Position numbers and translations under genes: made by a program
Part shown: in pieces, positions 13,107 to 26,300 of the stretch
How positions within the stretch are numbered: the stretch's first letter is position 1
How the letters are laid out: each line of letters starts with the position of its first letter
Notes under the pieces: model-generated
The model's input: only the letters and a program-made list of their open reading frames with translations
Told to the model about the DNA's origin: nothing
The model's database searches: none
Source: Styela clava
Lineage: Eukaryota
DNA length: 64,000 bases
NCBI RefSeq assembly: GCF_964204865.1
Contig: NC_135251.1
Coordinates: forward strand, 20,770,001 to 20,834,000
Direction: 5' to 3'

Positions 13107-13928
13107 TTCTGGAATTAGAAATGCAGAAGTTTAAATATTGCATGTGAGAATATTCATAATGATATTCTGGCAAACTACGTACAGATATATGAAAACCTTT
13201 AATTTCAAGTTAATGTGGGATATTTACCAGTGAAAACAAAACCTGGAATAAGAAATATTGCAGGAAATGATATGTGTGTGTGATGTGGAGAAGAACCAGA
13301 ATTTGTTAGCCATCTATTTATGAGTTGTGAATATTTTGATTATGTTTTGGATTTTATTGAAAATACTGTTGGGAAATCAAATAATGCCAGACTTTTGAAA
13401 AATTAATAAACTTGTGTTTTGTTGGATTTGAGCTATTTGTTACATTACAAGACGAGATTTAGATATTATTGTTTTTTTAATTTCAATTACTAGATATAAA
13501 ATATGGATACAGAGAAAGTCTGTTATATTCGAAGATAGTCCCCCTAATCAGCACCTACCATCTAACAAATAAAAACTGCAATCACTTACAACAGACTCAA
13601 CATTGGAAAAAATAGAAAATCACCTAATTTTGTCAGAGAATTTGAAATACTAAGGAATTGTATTTGAAATATAAATCAAGTGTGTATAAATTTAGTATGT
13701 ATAAAAATGAACATGTCCAATATATTTAATAATTTACTTTTATTGTACATAATATAACTCAATATACTAAAATTGATGAATTGTATGCCGATGCGATCAA
13801 CACCTCGTCCTCAAACACTGATGGAATGGACATATGAAAAATGAATATTGGATTATTTATCTTATGATTGATCGAATGGTTATATACTTTTGGTTATATT
13901 TTATTAAATTATCCCATAAAATAAAAAA
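13107..13928 (+). mobile_element. Second copy of the same L1/Tx1-type LINE 3' end, with A-rich tail
   Basis: Reverse complement of 6290-7010, with stops; ends cataaaataaaaaa. Confidence 0.85.
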
Positions 13929-14465
13929 TGCAGAAGTATCGGTACTAAAATATAACTGTGGGTATGATTGGCCGATATAGTACCACATTTCTCTTTCATA
14001 ACTGATGAGCTTGTACCTAAACACAGTAATATCAATACGAAAATCAGTTCCTCAATTTGAACGTACATCAGGACATCGAAGTGCAGGAGTTCTTTTCACT
14101 TCTGTATTGAGATCAAATATATTTAAGACAATAATTGCACATTTTTTAAACCTGTGTCTATGTGTATGTATCTATTTTATGACTTTATGATGTAAGAAAG
14201 AAATATGTTTTTTAATTATAATACCTTAAGAGGCTAGGTTAAATCAATATTTAGAACGTTAATAAAAAGTGTATATTCTTTTACAGTTTTACTGGTTTTG
14301 GGGCAATACTGAATAATATTTTCTTATTTTTCGATAACTATTTTGTATCATTGGCTAAAAGTAAACTAAAGACACCTCATTTAAGTACTGATTTTGGTGA
14401 ATAAAGCAATAGGATAGGAGAAAGAATTTTTGGATCTTATGTAGTTTCGTACCTAACATACTTCT

Positions 14466-14827
14466 AGTAGGCGTAGCATACCAATCTTTTTACGTGTCAA
14501 TCCTGACCCTCACCTGACCACACCATCCAAAAATGAGGTCACTACGACATCACAATGACATAATAGAGCCCTTCAAACTATACGAACTGTCATCTAAGAC
14601 GCGCAGACAAAAACCCGAAATCGAATAGCCATTTCTCTCGTTTCTCGTCGCAACGATCCCGATGTCAGCTCTTTATCGTCGGCGCCGATGCCATTTACTG
14701 GCGATCGGATGAGTATCTTGCAAGCTCTATGACGTGATTGCGACGCCATAGTGACGTAATTTTTAAATGGCGTAGTCAGGTGAGGGTTAGGATTGGCATG
14801 TCAAAAAATTGTTATGCTACGCCTACT
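14466..14827. mobile_element. MITE with ~100-bp imperfect TIRs, about 330 bp upstream of the RIPK1-like ATG
   Basis: agtaggcgtagcata...aatcctgaccctcacctgac versus gtcaggtgagggttaggatt...tatgctacgcctact. Confidence 0.8.
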
Positions 14828-15160
14828 CGAATTTTTATGGATAGGAAAGGAGAAATCTTATAAGATATGGCTTTATTATTCGATGAACATTGGGAAGATA
14901 ATGGATGTGCTGGGCAATCAGGATCGCTTTCAATAATCGTCAAAGTCAAATAATAGTTATTGATTTACCTAAGCTTAAATATTGGAGTTAGGAAAAGGTA
15001 CACAGTGGGTCACTTACTTCTTTTTTCATGCCATGAGTAGTTCACAAACTCTGAATGGATATTCTGTCATAATTCATATAACATTTTTATCCTTTCAATT
15101 CTTGTAATCTAGAGATATGTTATGGTTTTAATAATAAGCTATTAGCACTGGCAAAAAGCA

Positions 15161-16669
15161 ATGGCGCATGGTTCATCAACCCAAGGTTTCCATGAGTTTA
15201 AATACGGGGATTTCACAGACAAAGTTGAAATTGGGGATGGAGATTATGGTGTCGTATATGCAGCTAGGCACCGTATGTTCAATAAAGTTGCTATTAGAAT
15301 CATATCGCGCCAACATCATGTCTCAGAAGGAGAGCGAAATTCTTTAATAACTGAAGCCAAAAAGTTGTCTTCGATTGTATCTGGGAATGTCATTCGTTTA
15401 CTGGGTACAGTTATAGAGCCGGGGCATTTATGTCTCGTGTTTGAATATGCTGAATATGGATCGCTCACTAAACTTTTGCAACGGTATGATATTCCTTGGC
15501 CCTTGAAAACTCGAATATCGCATGAAGTTGCAATGGGAATGTGTTTTCTTCACCAGAAGGACATCTTGCATCTATTGTTAAAGTGTACAAACATACTTGT
15601 CACTGGCAATGTTCAAGTCAAAATAACTGATATAGGTCTCAGTGGAAACATAGAAATGAATAACTGGACAAGATGTGGTAGAATTTATAGCCAAACCTTG
15701 CGATCAACACAAAGAAGATCTGGGGGCAGCTCGATAAGTCATGTACCCCCTGAGCTTATCAGAGATGTAAATGCTGCTGCTGACAAATCCGCCGACGTAT
15801 ATGCATATTCTATCGTCCTGTGGCAGATTCTAACCAATAAGATACCGTATGAAGGTAAAGATACAGGTGCAATTTGTGTTGGTGTTTTGGAGGGCGAAAG
15901 ACCGGATATCTCAATTATAAGTCGTGAACATCCGGAAGTGTTATCTGATGCTATGAAAAAATGTTGGCAGGACGAGAAACAAAACAGACCCACATTTGAG
16001 GATCTTGTTCGTCGAATTGGGCCAGTGTCTGCTAATTGTGAGGATGCTTCAAGAAAGGCTGCCCTCGAGTGTCAAAAAAATGTTCAAGATTTTTATTTTC
16101 CTGACTCGGAAATAGCAGCGCCTACAGGAGATCAGCAGCCTGCAAGGCATCACCATAGGCGATTGGATGCTCCATCTCATATCGGGAGAGCTAATGCAAA
16201 TGATGGCGTTGCTGTACCAATGCAGAGAAACGATGACACAGTTCCTTTCCAGAATTCAGCATCTTCACAGCCAAAGCCTGTTATGGTTTCATTGATTGTT
16301 CCTGTAACCGATCCTCAGATGGAACTCAGTCGCTCAGTGTCGGTACCACCTCCAGATAATAAAGCTCCGCCAATTGCACCAAATCCAACATTATCAGAGG
16401 AAAAATATTCGAAGTTTGTTGGTGTTGATGAACTGTATCTAGTCGCCGAAGAACTTGGCCGTCATTGGCGAAGATTCGGTCTTTACCTAGGATTTAGTGA
16501 TGCCCAACTTGATAATATTGAGGCCAATTTTCACAAGCATGGATTCCCAGAGATTACTTATCAAATGCTAAGAAGATGGAAAGAAAGAAATGGAAATGTT
16601 ACAGTGGGGTTTCTTTTTAACACACTTCGTGATGCTGACTTATTGCATGTTGCACAAAAATTGGCTTAA
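15161..16669 (+). CDS. RIPK1-like protein: N-terminal kinase-fold domain (predicted pseudokinase), Pro/Gln-rich linker, C-terminal death domain; intronless
   Basis: 502-aa ORF. Kinase subdomains GDGDYG, VAIR, HLLLKCTN, DIG, PPE, DVYAYSIVLW, CW..RPTF. C-terminal LGRHWRRFGLYLGF...YQMLRRW closely resembles the RIPK1 death domain (LGKHWK...LGF...YQMLQKW). Orthology is not proven, so no symbol is given. Confidence 0.9.
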   Translation: MAHGSSTQGFHEFKYGDFTDKVEIGDGDYGVVYAARHRMFNKVAIRIISRQHHVSEGERNSLITEAKKLSSIVSGNVIRLLGTVIEPGHLCLVFEYAEYGSLTKLLQRYDIPWPLKTRISHEVAMGMCFLHQKDILHLLLKCTNILVTGNVQVKITDIGLSGNIEMNNWTRCGRIYSQTLRSTQRRSGGSSISHVPPELIRDVNAAADKSADVYAYSIVLWQILTNKIPYEGKDTGAICVGVLEGERPDISIISREHPEVLSDAMKKCWQDEKQNRPTFEDLVRRIGPVSANCEDASRKAALECQKNVQDFYFPDSEIAAPTGDQQPARHHHRRLDAPSHIGRANANDGVAVPMQRNDDTVPFQNSASSQPKPVMVSLIVPVTDPQMELSRSVSVPPPDNKAPPIAPNPTLSEEKYSKFVGVDELYLVAEELGRHWRRFGLYLGFSDAQLDNIEANFHKHGFPEITYQMLRRWKERNGNVTVGFLFNTLRDADLLHVAQKLA

Positions 16670-16725
16670 TCAGTTTGTAAATAAATGTAACTGGGAAGGA
16701 TGGATTAGCACTGATTATATTATGT

Positions 16726-16930
16726 ATATGGTGACCCTTAAAAAAACAGAACCCATAAGTTTGTTGATAACTTCTACAGAATTTGAACAAAACGTCCTAG
16801 ATTCCTGAAATGATTTGGTACAAACCTACACAAACAGAAGTTCAAGTATAAACAAAATCAAATAATTTACTCCATTTTCACAGAGTAATTAGGAAATTTA
16901 TGGATTCTGTTTTTTCAAGTGACCTTGTAC
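16726..16930. mobile_element. Tc1/mariner-type MITE just downstream of the RIPK1-like stop codon
   Basis: ggtgacccttaaaaaaacagaacccataa versus ttatggattctgttttttcaagtgacc. Confidence 0.65.
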
Positions 16931-19900
16931 ATTATGGCATTGCCTCAATAGCATATGCTTTTGTGGTATCAATTAGACTTTTTTGAATATTGAATAGGAA
17001 GCGAACGTTACATTTTTAAAAAATAAATAAATTTTTTATTGATTGATTTGATTAATAATTTTTTTCACGGTAGCAAGTTCACTTTCTCAATAATATTTCT
17101 TCAAGAAAAGTTCCAGAATTTTTTATCCAAATATTTTGTAACCCTTTGTCATTAAATTCTCTGTAATGACATATTTTCTTAAACATATAATGTCTTTGAT
17201 TATTGTATCCACTCGTAATCATGTATACCTTTCTGATTTTATTGTATATTTGATATAATTTTTTTGTTTGTTTTAAATACATTGTTCACTAGTTTTTATG
17301 CAATGTTCACTTAGTAATCTCCTTGATGAAATTTAGTAATTTGAAAGTTATAATTTTTTTTCTAATTATCGAAAATCACTGGCGCTAGTTAATTCTCCCT
17401 CTTTATTCAACTGCTATAATAGTAGATATATTCGTAAGCTTTCAAAGCGATCGAAGTCTAACTACATCGGACAAAACAAGATGTAACTGTGAAGACAGAT
17501 CATAAAAATTCTTAGGACCGAATTTCCATCCTAAACTAGAAAATATGTCTATATTGGTTTATCATTTTTTACGTTAAATGTCCTGCTTTAGGGTATAGTT
17601 CTAAAAATTTTTTCCAATTCATATGACAAGTAGATAGCAGATATCATAAGAATTATTATGTCCCGTCCTTTTTTCATCTGTTATGGAATGAGTATTTTTG
17701 CTCTGCCTGTCTTTTTTGGCTCTGTCAGTGGCTTTGACAAGATGTGTTTTTCAGCAATTCCTAACAAATATATCTATATCTACATAATCCATGCTACTCT
17801 TCTGGTATGTGTTCTTCAGGTACCAGGATGTGTTGATGGGTGTCTGTTTACTTAGAGTAAACTTCCTGTTCCTAACCTATTATCCACCAGATGATGCATT
17901 GTGTTTAAGAATGGCAGGGAGTGTTTGAAATTAAACTTAATGAGTGAATGGTAGCAGTATTGTATATATTTTTTTAAGTCTTATAATTTTGATGTCCTAG
18001 TTATGTTATGAATCTTTTGTAAAAGCGTAAGTCAAAAATCTCCAAATATCCCAGTTTCAATTATGGCCATGGAACAGCTCAAATATTTGGTCACCAATTT
18101 GGTTGGATGTCTCTTGAATTTGTGGGAAATTTTGTTATTAAATTCAAAGTTGCAAGATAAAACCTTTATTGTTAGGTTTATTATGTCTTCAAAATTTTGG
18201 ATTTTGTTGATTTCGGTACTATCATTTATATATTGCAGTATGTCTACTGTGGTGATGTGTCGCAATATGTGATGATGGATCTGGAGATGTGATTTTGTCT
18301 ATGTGTCAATTTCAATATAATACAACTGCAATAACAATATACAAATAAAAAACAGGAACTATAAAAACGGACTAACTTTATAGACATTCTGATAAACCAG
18401 CATGAATAGCCGAGACAACAATAGCCAGATGTTTCTTATCACATAGTTTTCTAGTTTTCAATCCTGAAAATCTTTGTTTTTACAATGATGCTTGTGTGCC
18501 TAAAGTACTTTATAAAGAATATGACTTAATGAAAGCTTACAAATATGCTTGCTATTTTGTGGAGGAATATCATGGTATTCTTCATTCTCCAGGAATGCTA
18601 TTGGGTAAACGTGTAGGCTATATGATTTTCTAAAATTTATGTGGGTGCTACACTGCAACTAGTGTTTTGTTCGCTAACTGTCATATTTTATTGATGAAAT
18701 TTTCATTCAATATTCTGAAACTCATTATTCAACAAATTGCTGCTCAGAAGTAATTCACTTTATTTTGAACCGGTAATTTCTCAGCCTGTGTTTTAGCTGT
18801 GATGTAGGCACATTTATAAATGAATATATATTTCGAATTCCCAAGTATATTCTTTTACAAAGTTTGAACCTGAATTCAATAACTGAAGTTTTGTGCGACT
18901 TTGTGTGTTTTCAAATCTATATTTGTTTCAATTTTTTTTGTCTTCATTTTTCTTGTATATTTGTCACTATCCATATAGTTATTACCTTGACAGATAAGAT
19001 GAAATGAAGTTACTAGGCCTACTACTAATTTGGTTCTACAACACTGGTATAAAAACAGTAGCAAAAATCTTGCTTGTGAATTTGTTGATTTAAATTCAAT
19101 GAATAATAAAGCAAAGTATTAGATTATATATATATTATATATATAACAGCACTGCTTAACAAAGGTATTGTTATAATCTGTTTTATTCATTTGGATTTTG
19201 TGTCACTTATGTATGAACATTTGTTTTTTTTTATCAATAAATGCAAAATTGTTGAAAGCCACTGGTCATACCAACTATTCAATCAGTGTATTTTATTAGT
19301 TTTTCTCTATCATGTGTTTGTAAATGCATATATTTCTGTATACTTATCTACAATCTGATAATATACAAACTTGCAAAAAAGGTGAAATGAAAATCGTTCA
19401 TGTTTTATTCATTTACAATTTTCTTACCTTATGCTGATTTTTGTTTCTCTGTTTCAATTGGATTTTTAATGAAATATTTGTCCAAGGCAAAGTTACAAAA
19501 TCTCAAATAAGACTTTGATCTAGTAGTCTCTACATTTCCTTACATTTTAACTTACTTCCCTATTGTTCTTGGAGAGTCCACAATTTTTTTTTCTCACTAT
19601 TGGAAACAAAATTCAACAATTGATGACCATTATTCATGTGCATGCTATCATTATTTTTGTCATTGTTGAAGTATGCTTGTCTGGAAAAGTATGACTTTGG
19701 TCAGAAGAAACGCTATAGAAATGCATTCGTCGTAGTGCCGCAGGACTCATGGGGTCACCATGAATATTGTCCATAGCTTGTGTTGGTGAATTGGTTCTTC
19801 CATTACTCAGAAAAATGTTGAGACCCTGATTATATGTTCTTACTGAGTTTTGTGTATTCAAATTTTTTTTTTTTCGATTCCCTTATTTTAGAATTCATAC

Positions 19901-20026
19901 TATTTATTGTCTAATTGTGAAACAATTGTCAACAATCTTGTTCATCGACGTCAACTGCAGTGAAGGTCTGTGGAAAATTAACTAGCGTTTGAAATTTCAA
20001 TGAAGAATTTGTTAGTTCCTACTGCA

Positions 20027-21577
20027 ATGGATGGGTAAGCTATTATTTTCAATTTGTTAATCGAAAATCTTGCACTACTGACCCATGTCCAGATTTCACC
20101 AAAGGTTTCTTTCTGTTCTGTTACATCACTCTTATGCATACAAACTGATTATTTATGTTCCCTCCCTGTAATGTCAACATCCATACATCTGCAAGCCTGA
20201 CATGGATTGTCGAATAATCAAAGAATTACCTTGTGTAATATTATGGTCATCTTTTACTGAGATAGTATGAATATATATCAATTTGTCATCCTTAGCATCT
20301 TTGGTGGCACCTTGCTGTTTGGTGCAAAGCTTTCTGGTACATTTCACTGTTAGATGCATGGAATTATATGTATCTTTGAGTATTTGTTCGATTTATTTAA
20401 AATTATTATTAATTTTTTTTATTTTAGAGTTCGTATTGAACTGGGAGATATCACACAACACAATATAAAACAATTGAAACTCTTGAATCAAGTTATTTTT
20501 CCAGTTTCATACAATGACAAATTTTATAAAGATGTTCTTGATGTTGGAGACTTGGCAAAGCTCGGTAAGATGATGTTTTTTCATTCAAATCACTAATGTC
20601 CAAAACTGATAATTTATACCACACAAATTATAAGCGAATTGGCATATTTTGATAGTTAAATTTTCCTTATTTTCATAAGAGACTGAAGTTATATGGCGCG
20701 GCGATGTGGCTCATCATGCTAAGTGGTAGGAATACGCTCGCCACTGCACCTCTGCGGCTTCCACCACCATCAAGTCCATGCTTCCGAAAACAAATAAGTA
20801 ACTAATCCCATACCCGACATGGAATGGTAACCAGACGAGAGGTCGTGGTTCGCCATATATTAAGCCGTCTTATCGGCTTTCCTCTCACCCTGGATAAATA
20901 TGTAAATCCCATCCTATCCTTATATTACACTTGAAAATCTGTGTATTTGGCATTTGAAAATACTGTTTTTCAGCATTTTTCAATGATATAGTGGTTGGTG
21001 CAGTATGTTGTCGAATAGATAATTCAAAAGGAAAAAGGAGATTATACATAATGACGCTTGGTTGCTTAGCACCTTACAGAAGACATGGTGTTGGTACAGT
21101 ATTGCTCAACCATGTCTTCAAAATATGTGAAGCTGATAAAAATATTACAGCAATATTTTTGTGAGTATTTTATTTCCTGTTGTTTAGAAACAAATGTGTA
21201 TTCTCAAAGGTTTGGGCTGTTTATTTTTTTTTCAAGAATACCTCGTTAATTTTGGAGAATTCTAGTTTAATATTATCAACTATTCAACCTATTCCACACT
21301 TTCAATAATGCTCCTCATGCCAAGACTATTCTAACCTTGAATATGAATTCATGACATTTTTTGTTTCAAGCGCTTCTACTAACTCCTGTTTATGATTATT
21401 ATTTTCAGACACGTTCAAGTCAATAATCAATCTGCTCTGGATTTCTACATGAAATTCGGTTTCGAAATTGTTCAAACTGAAAGCCATTATTACAAAAGAA
21501 TAGAGCCTTCCGATGCCTATGTATTAGAAAAAAAGCTTGAGAACTGTGCTGGAGCTACATTCAATGGGAAGCCTTGA
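20027..21577 (+). CDS. NAA50: N-alpha-acetyltransferase 50 (NatE catalytic subunit)
   Basis: Exons 20027-20034, 20428-20564, 20974-21160, 21409-21577, all GT-AG and in phase. They join to MDGVRIELGDITQHNIKQLKLLNQVIFPVSYNDKFYKDVL...LYIMTLGCLAPYRRHGVGT...LHVQVNNQSALDFYMKFGFEI...YYKRIEP, near-identical to NAA50. Confidence 0.96.
20695..20921 (+). mobile_element. SINE copy with internal deletion, in NAA50 intron 2
   Basis: Head joined at cacctctg|cggcttcc to the tail; the B box and core are missing. Confidence 0.85.
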
Positions 21578-22323
21578 TTCCATTCAGATTGCTCAGCACT
21601 TTTCATTTGATTTATGTTCCAACTCCAGTGGTTTGGTTGAAGCTCTTCCATGCATGTTACAACAGTCTTAAATATAAAAATATTTAGTTTTATAAAAACA
21701 ATGCCTTCAGTTTTGGTGTGTCGTATCTATTTAGAAAATTTTTGTCAGTACGTATGCAGCTCTGTGCATGCCAGGGAGTGTTCTCATCATTGAGTTACAT
21801 TTCATTCTTGGCTATTGCTATGTAAACTGTGTTGACAAACTGAAAATACATTAGCAATTGGCTTTTAAACAAAATTCCTAAATTAGGACATGCTAAAATC
21901 TCTTGTTATATGAAAAATTTTATCTTCAATGGTGCAGTGTACAAGTTTTACAAAGTGTGAGAAAGAAAAATGCCTTGAATAATAAAATGTTTGTTCTATT
22001 CTGTATGTGTGAAAATCCCATTCTAGAAAAGTCATTTTTATTTGAACAACCCCTGCTGTTCATCTTTTCCAGTCAGCATTCCAAAGACATTTATGGGTCA
22101 ATTGGGGTTGGGTATCAATTGTAATGGCATGGGACAAAATATTTCATTCATATTCACTCCTATAAACGTCTGTGTTTGAGTACAAGCCTAATTATGATTG
22201 GTCAAATGCAAGCAAAAAAGATTTTTACATAGAACTTGAGTGTTTATAATATTTTAAAATCACATTGAAGGATTCTTGTTGGCCAAGGCCTAGATGCTAA
22301 TGATCTTCAGTTATATTCACTTG

Positions 22324-22554
22324 TTGGACACGTAGTGGACATAACAATCGTTTCAAAATTTTGTTGTTATTGTTATTATTTGTCTCCGTTAACACGTTTT
22401 GAAGAAATCGCTTTTCTCTTCGAATATTGGACCAATTGCTTTGAAATTTTCAGTGGTTGAAGATGAAAAATTACTCCAGAAGGCTATTACTTTTTTTTTC
22501 GCTATGACGTCATCCAAATTATGTGTCCATATATTTGAGCATAGCTCTCTTGTT
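22324..22554 (-). mobile_element. Helentron-associated (DINE-1/HINE-like) non-autonomous element; second copy at 48943-49180 (+)
   Basis: Two colinear copies starting AACAAGAG, with the subterminal inverted repeat ggacacgtag/ctacgtgtcc. Class assignment is inferred from structure. Confidence 0.65.
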
Positions 22555-23385
22555 TTATAAGTGTCGTCACAGTGTCACTAATTCATAGGTCTATATGAAT
22601 ATATACATTTTCGTGAGAACTCATGTGGGAATTGATAGTGTGCCTTGAAAGGTTTCATATTGAGTTTAATGCTTGACCCTGCTTGCAAGACGTATAGGTA
22701 ATTGTGCACTGTACTCGCTTGTATTGAGCCCAGTGTTTGTTTGAACTTGGAACGGACTAAATATTTTATTTTTCTTGTATTTTAAAGTGAATCGCTTCAA
22801 ATAAACGTCCTTGGAATTACAGCTTGGTTTATTTAGCGTTGACAGTGAGATACAAAAAATTGGATGTGTTTTTCGCATATTAGTAGTATATATTTACGAT
22901 TAAAACAGCTTGAACGGTAGAGCGAAAAGGCCGCTAAATGGTGGGAAAGGAAAACGGCGGTAAATCCTAAAGAGTAACAATTCCACCAGATTTTAACTGC
23001 CGGTCGTTTATTGATATTGGTGAATGTAAGCAATTGTCAACTTCAATAATTAAAGCGAATAGGGGCTTTCATATTTGGCTAAAAGAAAGGGAAGGATGGA
23101 AACAGTTTAATGGTTTCATCACAGGCGGGTAGTCGCGCACGGTTTGAAATGTTATGACTCCTAATACAGTATATGGAGACTCGATGCACCTCTGGGAAAA
23201 CCGCGGTGTTGTCAGTCTGGCTTCGAAGACTAAAAGACACTGAAATAAGAAAATTACGCGAGTGCGAACCGGCGAGAGAGTTCATGAGTTTGGGTTTGCT
23301 TGTGCTCTTTTTGATTTTCTATTCATTAGCGACGCGGGAAAATTCTTGATGAGATAACAAATGCTGGTATTTATTTTACCAAAGC

Positions 23386-26300
23386 ATGGCGATGTTAGAC
23401 AATCCAGACTGGCTCTTGGATCACATTCGCCATTCCTTCATTACAAGCGATGACACAGGAATGTGCGAAATGGTTCTTCAGGACAACGATATGATGACAC
23501 TGTCACAACACAGGTTGAGAATTAAAGAGTTAAAAGAAGCTAAGCGCATTGAAAGGGCGAAAAAGAATCAAGTAAGTTTAAATTTTCTAGTAAATTCAAA
23601 CAATAAAAATTTCTGAAATTGATGTCTCTTCGTTCAGACGTTCTGGTATTATTGCAAATTTAGCTTTTGATTTCTTATGAACAGTCATTGTTGAGGTAGG
23701 GGAACAGCTGTTTTATTTGATAGGTATCCTATTTCTGTATTTATCTTGAGTACGGTATCTTAACTTCTGAACTTGTATTTATGATAAAATAAATGCAATA
23801 ATGGCTTAGTTCATCTGGATCTATATGATAAATATTGTGTCATTTCGCTTATTTCTGTTTTTTTAGTAAGTTTCAAAATAATATCTTAACATAGTATATT
23901 TTGTATAGTGGGTCAAACGCTAAAGACATAGAAACTCGTTGTTGTGTATGGTCCAGTATGGAATGAAGGATTGATTGACAAAAGACCCAATAATAATAAT
24001 ACAAGATATTTACAGAATATCATTGATATTCCAGAAAAAAGGTTTACCTGAATCATTTGGAAGATCAACACCTGTTGGATCTCCTCGAAGAACACCATCA
24101 GAATCGTCAACTACTTCATCTTCTAATCCTGTTATCGATGCTGATTCATCTGAAGCACTTTCTCCTCTTGCTCCATCACCTGATATTCTTTCTGGTTTGA
24201 AATTTTTCATGAGGCTTTTTTACCTTCATGAGCTACTACTGATACATGAGGAAGTACTATATGTTGAAGGACAGAATTGTTTTCATTGTATAGAGGGTTT
24301 TGATGGCCCAGTCTGGATTTCATGGCCTTTTTGAACGAGAAATCGGCTGTGCAATCAGAAATTCTCACGTGCAAATCTGAATTCCCGGCTTGCAATTATA
24401 GCTCACAGCGTGCAAAACAACTGTGCCCGCGTGCAATGATTTTCGACTTTAGATACTGTTCAGTACATCCCCGTAAAGTTATTGGATAGAAAATATGTTG
24501 AATCAGAACAAAATGGACATTCGACCTTTGACCCCGAATATTATTACTATACTTCGTCACTAATTTTGAGAGTGTTTGTGCAACTTTAGATAGACTTTAG
24601 GTACATCCGTGTAAAATTATTGTATAAAAAATATGTAGAATCAGAGCCGTAACTGACCAGCGCCGGCAAGTCTGGCGATCTTTTCGTCCATAACTATTCT
24701 CACGGGATTCCTATCATTCAACACGATACGCCATACCGCTAAGCAATTTTGTAATACGGTCTTTATTGCTTCGCATTTTTCGATCAGGCGAAATCTTGCA
24801 AGCTAGTATATAGTCGACAATTGTGGAGCTACAATTTGTTGGCATCTTTATATTACTGGATTATTAATTTAAAAGCCATTTAAATCAATTTTCATTGGTG
24901 AGCAATTGCAACTTTTCGGCGTGCAAAATTTAATTTGCTGGCGTGCATTTTTGCGGAGTGCTAGCGCCCTCTGGTGTGCACCTGCCATGGAATCCAGTAT
25001 GGTTGATGGCCAAATCTGATAAATGGTTATAGATGATACTACTGGTGTTGAAAGCATTTTTTTCCAAATAGGCGATTTCACTTTTAATCTGTCGCAACAA
25101 AAGAACATGGTAGTATAGATCAATATGATACGTATGGAGGCTAAATATAAACAAGCTATAACTTTCTTATTTTCACCTTATCTGAACAAATTTTTTTTCG
25201 ATATTTAGTTTTGCCTGTATACCTAGTTATTGTTTTGTCAACTGTTATTTTTGTCATACCACAGAAATTTAATAATTGAAACATTTATAAATATAACTAA
25301 TTGGACAAAAATATTATTTGTTCCATTATAAACGATTATGTTAGTAATAGTCAAATATGATACAGCAGTATTTTTCAATAATCATTGTATCTGGAAGTTG
25401 AACCTACATATTCTGTACATCTACAAAATCCTAAAAATCCATCATTTTTACGATTGGTTTTGCATTTTAACCGAGTTGATGCACGGCATGAAAGCTAAAC
25501 AAATGTATTATTCTACAGGTTGGGATTTTGGGGTTCGTAGACGATCAAACACCGCTCAGAAACTTGAGAGAATTCGTAAAGAGAGACAAAGTAGAGTCAA
25601 AGTAAACAATGTGCCTTGGAGAAAAAAGAACCCAAAGATAACCGAGGTATACTTTAGATTTCTATGGCGCTTGAGGCATAGAGGCAATTCAATATCAATT
25701 CTATTTATGAATTTATTTGTGCTTTGCAATAATAGGTTGGTTGGTTGGTTAATCAGTCGAGAATAGTAAAATATTTGTGAAATTTCAATTAACATTTTCT
25801 GTAAAGTATAGAATAGCCATCTATTTATAAACCATTTTGAAATTACTATAGCACAATAGCTCTCTTTACATCAGGGTTTCCCAAACCACGCAATGGCTTC
25901 ACCAAGGGTCCATGACGATATGAAAAGAATGTGATCGATCTTTAATGATTGATTGCAATGCGTCCTTTGGTTGAGCATTGCCGATGAATGCCTGAATCCA
26001 TTTCTGTCAGGAAAGACAATTAAAATTTTATTGCCTCTTGCAAAAACATACTCGTATTAGGCAGCATTTCCAGCTCTCACCAATATGATGACAAATACAG
26101 GAAACTTTGATTTACATGATAAACTCAATATTTCTATCATCCACCATCATTTGATGTTTATTATTTCTGTATCATTTCTATCCTGAATTAACTTAGGAAC
26201 AACTAAACACAATGTTTGAGAAGAAAAGATTGAATGATGATGAAGTTTTCACGAGTGATGATATTTCCACAACGTTGAGCAGAGTCAAGTTCAGTGCGAA

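Noticed and set aside
14002-14050. Hammerhead-like CTGATGA...GAAA
   Set aside because: No convincing stem II or III pairing.
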